A stretch of 64,000 nt of DNA from the sequence record NC_070963.1. One strand, written 5' to 3'. This document shows, one piece after another, positions 28,326 to 37,000 of this stretch. A program made the position numbers and the translations under genes. The notes beneath the pieces were generated by a model. That model ran no database searches. It was not told the DNA's origin and saw only the letters and a program-made list of their open reading frames with translations. Position 1 is the first letter of the stretch. Every line of letters begins with the position of its first letter.

Positions 28326-29659
28326 TGTCAATTAAAAAGTCCTTATATGATGAATTAATTTTAGAATCAAATGACAGATCTAGATCTGTTGGACTTATAG
28401 GTGGTGCAATTCTTTTTGAATATTTTGAGGATGTATTTTCTCCTACAATTACTGCTAAAATTAAAATAGTTGATAATGGAAATGTTATCGCTTCTCAGAA
28501 TAATCCAGATGGAGACAAGCAATCAATTTATAATGGATTACCTCTTAGAGGTGGAGAAAGACTCTCTTTGAAAATCGCAGGAAACTCATCAACAAATCCT
28601 GGACTAGATTTTTCAAAAAGAGTAGAAGATTACTTTTATGTTTCTAGTATCACTGATGTAATTTCAGAATCAAATAGAGAAAGTTTTACACTTCATTTAG
28701 TTTCAAGAGAAGCAATTACAAACGAAACATCAAGAGTTGGTAAAAAGTTTAAAGTTAATAGTCGAATTAGTGATTCTGTAGAAAATATTTTAAGAGACTA
28801 TTTGAAAACTAATAAAATAGGAAAAATAGATAAATCTTCAAATAAGTATGGATTTATTGGTAATTTAAGAAAACCATTTACAATCTTAGTTTGGTTAGCA
28901 TCTAAGGGAGTTCCGGAGAAATCTGGAAGTGCAACTGCAGGATTTTTATTTTATCAAACTCAAGATGGATTTCAATTTAGATCAATTGATGATTTATTAG
29001 ATCAAAGTCCAAAGGCAATCTACACTTATACACAATCTCAAGAATCTTATGATGACAGTAATAAAAAACTAAACAATGATTTTAACATTCTGAATTATTA
29101 TGTGGAGAAGAACCAAAATTTAATTGAAAAACTCAGACTTGGAACTTATGCAAGTCAACGAATGTTTTTTAATCCACTTGATTTTTCTTTTTCAAAAGAA
29201 GCAGATGGAAAGTTTAGACAATCTAATTATGTTGGAAAAACAAACAATCTTGGAAGTCAAATTAAACTCCCACCCTTGTCTGAAGGTTCTGATTTAACTC
29301 TTGGTGATGTTCCAACTCGAATCATTACTGCAGTTTATGATGTTGGAACACTAGATCCAGCAACTTCAACAGATATTAATTCAGATCAAAGAGAATATCA
29401 ATCTCAATCTTTAATGAGATATAATATTCTCTTTACTCAAACTTTAAGTATTATTGTCCCTTCGAATACTAATCTACGAGCAGGAGATATTATTGAATGT
29501 AAATTTCCAAAAATTAGTCAGTCTGATACGAAAGAATATGACACTGAAACAAGTGGTCTATATATGATTAAGGAATTGTGTCATCACTTTGATATAAGTC
29601 GATCATATACTTCTATGAAACTGATTAGAGACACTTTTGGAATTAATAAGAAGGCATAA
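28325..29659 (+). CDS. baseplate hub / tail protein
   Basis: FEYFED.FSP, FLFYQT.DGFQFRSID, LRAGDII, SGLYMI..LCH motifs; position before gp5. Confidence 0.65.
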   Translation: MSIKKSLYDELILESNDRSRSVGLIGGAILFEYFEDVFSPTITAKIKIVDNGNVIASQNNPDGDKQSIYNGLPLRGGERLSLKIAGNSSTNPGLDFSKRVEDYFYVSSITDVISESNRESFTLHLVSREAITNETSRVGKKFKVNSRISDSVENILRDYLKTNKIGKIDKSSNKYGFIGNLRKPFTILVWLASKGVPEKSGSATAGFLFYQTQDGFQFRSIDDLLDQSPKAIYTYTQSQESYDDSNKKLNNDFNILNYYVEKNQNLIEKLRLGTYASQRMFFNPLDFSFSKEADGKFRQSNYVGKTNNLGSQIKLPPLSEGSDLTLGDVPTRIITAVYDVGTLDPATSTDINSDQREYQSQSLMRYNILFTQTLSIIVPSNTNLRAGDIIECKFPKISQSDTKEYDTETSGLYMIKELCHHFDISRSYTSMKLIRDTFGINKKA

Positions 29660-29662
29660 TAA

Positions 29663-31681
29663 ATGATAGACGAGTCACTTCTTAAAAGTAATTTTATTGG
29701 TAGAGATGGTTTCCGTTGGTGGATTGGTCAGATTCCACCCATCTCTGCTATGGGAGGTCAGGTAGATGGAAAGGGATGGGGAAATAGATTCAAAGTTCGT
29801 ATTATTGGGTATCATCCTTATAGTGAAGCAGAACTTTCAAATGAAGACCTGCCTTGGGCACAATGCTTGATTCCAACCACAGCAGGAAGTGGAGCAGCAA
29901 ACGTTGCCACAGGAGTACAATTACAACCTGGTGATACTGTTCTTGGATTCTTTTTGGATGGTGATAATGCTCAAATCCCAGTCATTCTAGCAACATTTGG
30001 TAGAACTTTTTCTGTTCCTTCAAAAACTTATAAATCACCATTTGTTCCTTTTACAGGTCGTTCAGAATTAGTAAGTAAAAATAGTAAACTCACACCATCG
30101 GGCGGACCTAATTCAGAATCAAATGAACTAAAAGAAAATTCAAACCGTTCTCCCCAAAGCATTATTTCGGAGCAAGCACAGCAATTATCTCAAAGATTGG
30201 GAGAAACAATTGTTTCAGAAAACTTTGCGATTGGAAATCAAATTCCATTGGCAAATACTGTTAAGAATACAAGAGTTGATAAAATTAAGTCGATTGTCAA
30301 GAATCTTCTTCGCAAGTTAAATAATCTTCAAGGAAATCTTGTAAGAATTGAACAAGCAATTCGTGAGGCAGCAAATAAAATTGTCACTTTATGTAATGAC
30401 CTCATTGGTGGAATGTTCAACTTTTTGATTAATCAATTAATTAATCTACTCAAACAAGGACTAGATTTACTTTATAAGTTAGTTTTTGCTCAGGTATTAG
30501 CAGCAACTGGAAATCCAGTAGCAGCACATCTTGCGGGAGTCGCAGCACAAGAAGCAATGGTATTGCCAGTCAAAGCACTGGAAGAAGCATTCGGATGTAT
30601 TGCTGGTGCTGCGATTGAAAGTATGAAGAGTTTAGTTTTTGATATTCTCAACTCGACAGTCAAAAATGTAGATCGTTTTGTAAGTTGTGCTGCAGATCAA
30701 TTTGCAGGAACACTTCTCAATTCAATCATTGGAGTTCTTGAAACACTTCTTGAAAATCCATTGGCAGGAGTTGCAAAATTATTACAATTCTTCTCTGGAT
30801 TTAATGTTGGTAATCTACTTCGTGAAGGAATTGGTGCTTTATCAGAGTTTGGTGCTGGATTTGCATGTAATCAAAGTTTGGATAATTATAAAGGTCTTGT
30901 AAATGAATGGACTGTGGGTGGTGGACCATCAGGATCTGTTTCATCAGTTGCATCTTCACTTGTCAACACTTATGGAAACATTAAAGATATTACAAATATC
31001 ATTAGTTCTGGAGTAGATATTAATTCAGTTCAACAATGTTTTACTGGTGCTTTGCAGTTTGCCAGTCCCCCAACAGTTAATATTTTTGGTGGTCGTGGTT
31101 CTGGAGCATCAGCAATTCCAATTTTTGGTAATCTAGTTACAAATCCGGATGGAAATGTAACTGCAAGTATTATTGGTTTACAACTTACAAATCCTGGATC
31201 GGGTTATGCTTATTCTCCTTTTGTAGAAATTATTGATGATGCTGATCAAGGATATGGTGCTGTAGCAAGAGCACTGATTAATCAAAATGGAGAAGTTGAA
31301 TCGATTTATATGGTTTCTGAGGGTGAAAATTACTCTGTTGGAAATCTTGCAGAGTTTTCTGTTCTTAGAGTATTGGTTGAAGAGGGTGGAAGTAATTATG
31401 GAAATGATACTATCATTACTGATAATCTTGGAAATGAATATAATTATCAGATTACAGAAGGACGTATCACTCAAGTCACACCTCTAAATAATATTGTTGA
31501 TAGTCTTCCTACATTGACTGTGGCATCAGATACTGGATTTGGAGCAATTCTACGTCCAGTTGTAGGAGCACTGAAGGGTGATGGTGCAATTCCTGCTTCT
31601 CCTGATGCAGATCCCAATTCTCCAAATTCAGCAAATCTCTTTAGTCAAGAAGTTCAAACCTCTATAGATTGTCCGATATAA
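29663..31681 (+). CDS. 5: baseplate hub gp5-like protein (OB-fold N-terminus)
   Basis: GRDGFRWWIG, R.KVRIIGYH, DLPWA, VLGFFLDG..AQ.PVI. Confidence 0.85.
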   Translation: MIDESLLKSNFIGRDGFRWWIGQIPPISAMGGQVDGKGWGNRFKVRIIGYHPYSEAELSNEDLPWAQCLIPTTAGSGAANVATGVQLQPGDTVLGFFLDGDNAQIPVILATFGRTFSVPSKTYKSPFVPFTGRSELVSKNSKLTPSGGPNSESNELKENSNRSPQSIISEQAQQLSQRLGETIVSENFAIGNQIPLANTVKNTRVDKIKSIVKNLLRKLNNLQGNLVRIEQAIREAANKIVTLCNDLIGGMFNFLINQLINLLKQGLDLLYKLVFAQVLAATGNPVAAHLAGVAAQEAMVLPVKALEEAFGCIAGAAIESMKSLVFDILNSTVKNVDRFVSCAADQFAGTLLNSIIGVLETLLENPLAGVAKLLQFFSGFNVGNLLREGIGALSEFGAGFACNQSLDNYKGLVNEWTVGGGPSGSVSSVASSLVNTYGNIKDITNIISSGVDINSVQQCFTGALQFASPPTVNIFGGRGSGASAIPIFGNLVTNPDGNVTASIIGLQLTNPGSGYAYSPFVEIIDDADQGYGAVARALINQNGEVESIYMVSEGENYSVGNLAEFSVLRVLVEEGGSNYGNDTIITDNLGNEYNYQITEGRITQVTPLNNIVDSLPTLTVASDTGFGAILRPVVGALKGDGAIPASPDADPNSPNSANLFSQEVQTSIDCPI

Positions 31682-31682
31682 A

Positions 31683-32258
31683 ATGGCAGAAAGAAATAAG
31701 AACGTCTTCAAAAGACAACTAATTAGTTTCAATCCAAACTTTAGAATTGATACTGCAAATCCTCAAATGGGTTTGAGTGGAACTGATGTTTATAAGATTT
31801 ATGGAGTTACTGATACTGGAGACAATCAATCTTCTATTAGTTTAAGTAGTGGTGGATTATTCTCCATTTATAATGACCAAACAATTCAGATTTCTGGTGG
31901 TGCTAAAAATCCAGAAGGAAGAGAGGATGTAGTTATTATTGGAAACAATGGTAATGTTTCTATCTCAGCAAACGGAATGGTTCGTTTGTATGCTACGAAC
32001 ATTATGATTGAAGCAGAAGAAGATATTCACTTCAAAGCAGGTAGAAACATCACAATGAAAAGTGGTGCTGGTCGTATTATGATTGATGGACAAAGAGTTG
32101 ATATAAAAGGAACCAGTGGGAATATACCATCTTTACTTGGACTTGACTTCACATCAAAAATTTTCTCAGGAAGTTTTGTCGGTGCTGACTTTATTACAAA
32201 TGCTGTGGGTGGAATTGTTGGTAATGTTGTAAACACTGTAATTGATTCTGTCTTATGA
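31683..32258 (+). CDS. gp5 C-terminal-like beta-helix/spike protein
   Basis: Alternating 8-residue beta repeats (NIMIEAEEDIHFKAGRNITMK); follows gp5. Confidence 0.55.
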   Translation: MAERNKNVFKRQLISFNPNFRIDTANPQMGLSGTDVYKIYGVTDTGDNQSSISLSSGGLFSIYNDQTIQISGGAKNPEGREDVVIIGNNGNVSISANGMVRLYATNIMIEAEEDIHFKAGRNITMKSGAGRIMIDGQRVDIKGTSGNIPSLLGLDFTSKIFSGSFVGADFITNAVGGIVGNVVNTVIDSVL

Positions 32259-32443
32259 GCAATAATCAGTATTTTAGTGAAGAAACTTTTTTCAATAATG
32301 ATGTTAAGTTTTATCAGAGTGTAGAACTTTCTGGTAATGTTTATATAGATTCTGGTAATCTAATCATGCGGTCTCCCAATGGAACTAGATATAAATTGGT
32401 AGTTTCAGATACAGGAGTTTTATCGACAGTTGCTCTTGAGTGA
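32255..32443 (+). CDS. small structural protein
   Basis: C-terminal RSPNGTRYKLVVSDTGVLST motif typical of fibre tips. Confidence 0.5.
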   Translation: MSNNQYFSEETFFNNDVKFYQSVELSGNVYIDSGNLIMRSPNGTRYKLVVSDTGVLSTVALE

Positions 32444-32500
32444 CACTTTCTCAACCGGCACGCTCCTCTTGACACCAGACCCAAGACCCCTTATAATATG
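32442..32500 (+). promoter_or_regulatory. repeated early-promoter cassette copy 1
   Basis: GACACTT-N4-AACCGGCAC then TTGACA-17-TATAAT. Confidence 0.75.
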
Positions 32501-32522
32501 GGGGTAATCAAAAAACGACCGA

Positions 32523-32732
32523 ATGAGTACTGCACAAGAGACCGTTCAAGGCATTGTAATTGATGTCTGTAGTAAATCTTTTCTTCTTTTGAGTAATCAA
32601 GGATCTACCAAGCAAGTAAATTGTGATACAACTGAAGAGTTTATGAACGTGTTGGAAGTTGTAACCAGTAATCTAGAACCCGACCAGATTGAATACGCCG
32701 ATATTGCGATTTATGAAAAAACTCAGCATTGA
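32523..32732 (+). CDS. conserved cyanophage hypothetical
   Basis: First ORF after the promoter; V.C.T.EEFMNVL motif. Confidence 0.6.
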   Translation: MSTAQETVQGIVIDVCSKSFLLLSNQGSTKQVNCDTTEEFMNVLEVVTSNLEPDQIEYADIAIYEKTQH

Positions 32733-32895
32733 ACAACTTCAGGTAAAGTTTGAAGAATACTTTGACCTTGTAGAATCTGGCGAATCCTTTATCATCACTA
32801 GTGAGCATGGAGATGTCATAATGACTCCCGTGAATGTGATTGAGGAAGTTGATGACCTTGTGCGAATACACACTGATCACGAAGAAGGTTGTTGA
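32713..32895 (+). CDS. Phd/YefM antitoxin-like small protein
   Basis: MKKLSIEQLQVKFEEYFDLVESGESFIITSEHGDVIMTP resembles the Phd fold. Confidence 0.5.
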   Translation: MKKLSIEQLQVKFEEYFDLVESGESFIITSEHGDVIMTPVNVIEEVDDLVRIHTDHEEGC

Positions 32896-32943
32896 TTCAA
32901 GGCAACATATGGGTCTTATAAGTTGTCTCAAGGCAACTTTTAT

Positions 32944-33031
32944 GCGAGTGAGACTTGGTAGTCAGAGGAGTCTTATAAACTCTTTCCGCCAGATTAGCGG
33001 CTTTGACCTGGTTCGAATCCAGGCACTCGTA
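32944..33031 (+). tRNA. atypical tRNA, anticodon UAU (nominally Ile), long variable arm
   Basis: Acceptor GCGAGTG/CACTCGT, loop CTTATAA, variable stem CCGC/GCGG, T-arm CCTGG-TTCGAAT-CCAGG. Confidence 0.65.
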
Positions 33032-33032
33032 T

Positions 33033-33064
33033 TACATACACTCTATTATAAATAGGTGTATGTA
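33033..33064 (+). promoter_or_regulatory. late promoter inside an inverted repeat upstream of the HNH gene
   Basis: TACATACAC ... TATAAATA ... GTGTATGTA. Confidence 0.65.
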
Positions 33065-33078
33065 TATCTTCATAACAA

Positions 33079-33498
33079 ATGATTATCTGTAAATCCTGCG
33101 GTAAAGAAGTTGAACAGCACCAGAGAAAAGGTGGAAGATCAAAACTTTATTGCAACGAAACTTGCCGAATGAAATGGAGATACAGAAACGATCCTTCTGT
33201 TATGAATAGGAACACTTACACGGAACAAAAAGAAAGAGCTTACTCTAATAAGTGGAAAGCACTTCAATATAAAGGTGGTAAGTGTCAAAAATGTGGTGAA
33301 GATAGACCTGCAACTCTATGCTTTCATCACAGAGATCCATCCCAAAAAGAACTAAAACTTGACGGGAGATCCTTTGCTAATAGAAAATGGGAAACAATCA
33401 AAGAAGAAGTTGATAAATGCGATCTTCTTTGCCACAACTGCCATCATATGCTACACTATGGAGATAGTTGGGGTGAGTTCCTACAAACGCTGGTTTAG
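33079..33498 (+). CDS. HNH endonuclease in tRNA cluster
   Basis: CxxC zinc motifs, CQKCG, LCFHHRDP, CDLLCHNCH. Confidence 0.8.
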   Translation: MIICKSCGKEVEQHQRKGGRSKLYCNETCRMKWRYRNDPSVMNRNTYTEQKERAYSNKWKALQYKGGKCQKCGEDRPATLCFHHRDPSQKELKLDGRSFANRKWETIKEEVDKCDLLCHNCHHMLHYGDSWGEFLQTLV

Positions 33499-33561
33499 CT
33501 CTCTGGCGAAAGCACTGCCCTCATAAGGCAAGACAGGTCGGTTCGATCCCGACAACCAGCA
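33489..33561 (+). tRNA. tRNA-Met/Ile2 (CAU)
   Basis: GCTGGTT/AACCAGC acceptor, TGCC-CTCATAA-GGCA anticodon arm, GTCGG-TTCGATC-CCGAC T-arm. Confidence 0.85.
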
Positions 33562-33562
33562 C

Positions 33563-33591
33563 TTGACCACTACAACTCTTTGAGTTATAAT
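33563..33591 (+). promoter_or_regulatory. sigma70-type promoter embedded in an imperfect hairpin
   Basis: TTGACC-17-TATAAT; GACCA..AACTC-TTT-GAGTT..TGGTC. Confidence 0.6.
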
Positions 33592-33603
33592 GGTCTTATC
33601 CAC

Positions 33604-33676
33604 GCCCGTGTAGTCCAGCGGAAGAGACAGAGGACTTAAAATCCTTCCAGGGTCGGTTCGAATCCGACCACGGGCA
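33604..33676 (+). tRNA. tRNA-Leu (UAA) with short variable loop
   Basis: GCCCGTG/CACGGGC acceptor, GAGGA-CTTAAAA-TCCTT anticodon arm, GTCGG-TTCGAAT-CCGAC T-arm; 73 nt. Confidence 0.85.
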
Positions 33677-33706
33677 TAAAATAAATATAAGATATGGGAA
33701 ATCCCA

Positions 33707-34000
33707 ATGTCTTATAAGATTACGCAAGCATATTGTTGGTATAATGAAGGCAGTATAATTGTGAAGATGTATTTTATTAATGAGATTCCTTTTACGTTTG
33801 ATGAACTACCAGATGGGCATCTATATGATAAGGATTTAATTGAACTTGCAGATCAGCAATTAAGGTTCGAACCAGAGGACTTATATCTTAACTCATTTTA
33901 CTTAATCGACGAAGAAGCACATCCCTGTTTCTTTGATGTAGAGATAGAAAATCCTCAAGATTTGCCAGAAGATCTTCAATTTGAATTGGATGAGGAGTAG
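33707..34000 (+). CDS. conserved cyanophage hypothetical
   Basis: Acidic 97 aa ORF with TAAATA upstream. Confidence 0.65.
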   Translation: MSYKITQAYCWYNEGSIIVKMYFINEIPFTFDELPDGHLYDKDLIELADQQLRFEPEDLYLNSFYLIDEEAHPCFFDVEIENPQDLPEDLQFELDEE

Positions 34001-34050
34001 GATTTCACTAACTAAATAAAAGATAATGAGATCTCAAAGAAAATAGAAAA

Positions 34051-37000
34051 ATGCCATTGAACAAATTAGATAACTTTATTAAAAATGTTGATGGTCGCAC
34101 GTTATACGTCAATCCAAATGATTTAGACGCTACTGATTCAATTACGAACACTGGTAATTCTCTTGCTCAACCATTCAAGACAATTCAAAGAGCACTTCTA
34201 GAAGCAGCAAGATTTTCTTTTGTGAATGGTAAAGATAATGATTTAGTAGAAAAGACAACTATATTAGTTTTTCCTGGTGAGCACGTAATTGATAACCGTC
34301 CAGGATTTGCGATTTATGATAATGGTGGAACTGCTTATACTGTGCCTCCAACAGGTGGAATAGGGTCTCCAGCACAAGGAGTTTTATCACTCGAATTAGA
34401 TTCTAATTTTGACTTAACACAAGAAGATAATATTCTTTATAAGTTCAACAGTATCAATGGTGGTGTCGTAGTTCCAAGAGGAACTTCAATCATTGGTCTT
34501 GACCTAAGAAAAACAAAACTTAGACCAAAGTATGTTCCCAATCCAACTGATGACTTAGTTGCAAAATCTGCAATTTTTAGAGTTACTGGTGCGTGTTACT
34601 TCTGGCAGTTTTCTTTCTTTGATGGTGATGAGTCGGGATTGGTTTATACTCACCCATCATTTTTTACGAGTAACTATCAATCCACACCAAGATTTTCTCA
34701 CCACAAACTGACTTGTTTTGAGTATGCTGATGGTGTCAATGAAGTTGGCACTTATGGTCTAACTGACCTTGATATGTATTATAGTAAGCTATCAAATGCT
34801 TTCAATTCATATCGCCCAATTCCAGCAACTGCGAAGTTTCCTGCCAGCACTGAAGACTTTGCAAAGAGAAACTCTGAATGGCAGATTGTCGGAGCATTTG
34901 CTTCGGATCCAATTGATATTTCTACGATTATTTCTGGAAATGGAACTACAGCAAGCACTCAAGTTACTGTAACTACAGCAGAAGCACACAATCTGAATGT
35001 AGGAACTCCAATCAAAATCAAAGGAGTTTCTGCTTCTGAATATAATATTGCTTCGACTGTACAATCAGTTATTAGTGATACACAATTTACATATCTACTT
35101 GAAACTTTCCCAATTACTCTTCCTGCCAATCCAAGTGCTTCGGGAGCAACTGTCACTGTAGAAACTGATACAGTATCTGGTGCCTCTCCCTATATCTTTA
35201 ATATCTCCCTACGTTCCGTATGGGGTATGAATGGAATGCTTGCTGATGGCGCTAAAGCATCAGGATTCCGCTCAATGGTTGTTGCACAGTTTACTGCTGT
35301 GTCGCTTCAAAAAGACGACCGTGCTTTTGTGAAGTATGATAAGGAGACTAGAACTTATAATGGCGTCATTTACAGCACAGTTTATGGTGGAGATCTACCA
35401 ACAGGTGCGTCTCAAACTGATACAACAAAGGTTTATCACCTAGATCCAAATGCCATTTATCGTCATGGATGGGAAACAAGTCATATTAAAGTTACGAATG
35501 ATTCGTTCATCCAGGTTGTTTCAGTTTTTGCAATTGGGTTTAACAAACACTTTGATCTTGAGTCGGGTGGTGATGCATCAATTACTAACTCTAACTCTAA
35601 CTTTGGTCAAATCTCCCTTAACTCTGACGGATATAAAGCAGAAGCATTTGAAAAGGACAATAATGCATTTATCACTTCTATCATTACTCCAAGAGATATT
35701 AGTCCAGTAGAAGAAGATATTGAGTGGTTGTCAATTGACGTTGGTCTAACTACTTCTGTAGGAATTACAACTCATTTATATCTGTTTGGATTGAATGCTT
35801 CAGATAGTATTCCTGTCAGTGTCACACAAGGATATAGAATTGGTGCAAGAGTTGAGGATAAATTATATCTCTCTATTGGATCTACAGAATATTCTGCAAA
35901 CATTTATATGCAGGATGGAATCACAAGTTCCTCTAAATCATATAATGTAACCAGTGTATCATCTTCCATTCTGACTCTTGGATCTCACACACTTCAAACT
36001 GGTGAAAAGATTATCATCAATAGTGAAACTGGTGATCTTCCAGAAAACGTAACCCCACATATTGTTTATTATGCGATTCGTGTTAATTCAACTCAAATCA
36101 AACTTGCAACATCATTCACTAATGCTCTGAATAATGAAGCATTGACTCTTTATGGTGGAACTCAACTCAAAGTTTACAGTAGAGTTTCTGATAAAATTGC
36201 AGGAGATATTGGTTCTCCAATTCAATTTAACTCTGCTGCAGGAAACTGGTATATTACAGTCAATAGTGCAAACCAAATTTATAATCAACTTAATACTCTT
36301 GGAGTTGCAGAATTAGGTGAAACAACCGATCTGACTTACGTCAAGAGAATTGTTGATGAAAGAAGTTTGGATGAGAGAGTTTATAAAATCAGAGCGGTTA
36401 TTCCAAAAGAACTTACTGCTGCAAAAGATCCTGAAGAAGGATTTATTATTCAGGATTCTAGCACAACTGGTGCAAGACCAAATGATTTCACAAGAACAAG
36501 TATTGCAAGCACAGATTACAATTATAAGAAGAATCAAAGATTCATTACAACTTGTTCGGTAAGTTCAAATACAGTTACAGTTTTATCAGAACTTCCTCAT
36601 GATTTAAACATTGGTGATATTGTCGTTGTTAAGAATGTAACTGACAGCAATAATTTGACCGGAACAGACGATCGTGGTTATAATGGAAGATTCCGTGTTG
36701 CTTCTGTTGTAGATGATATGTCATTTACATACTCTACAACTGATTTAAGTGGTAGAGTTCATACTCCAGGAGCAACAAGCATCAACAATATTGACTTAAG
36801 AGTTACTGATGAACAAGTTAGAAATCTACCACGATTTGAAAGAAATGATCTTCAACAGAATCTTTACATTTATAGGAACGAAGTCATTTCACCATATGTT
36901 GAAGGTCAGCAAGATGGAATTTATCACTTATATGTTCTAAACGCAAGCAATGGAATTCCAGAAGAATTCGTTAATCTTGAGTATTCTCAAAGTCCTGTAG

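Noticed and set aside
32896-32943. Short direct repeat TCAAGGCAAC before the UAU tRNA as an att site
   Set aside because: Only 10 nt, and no integrase in the window.
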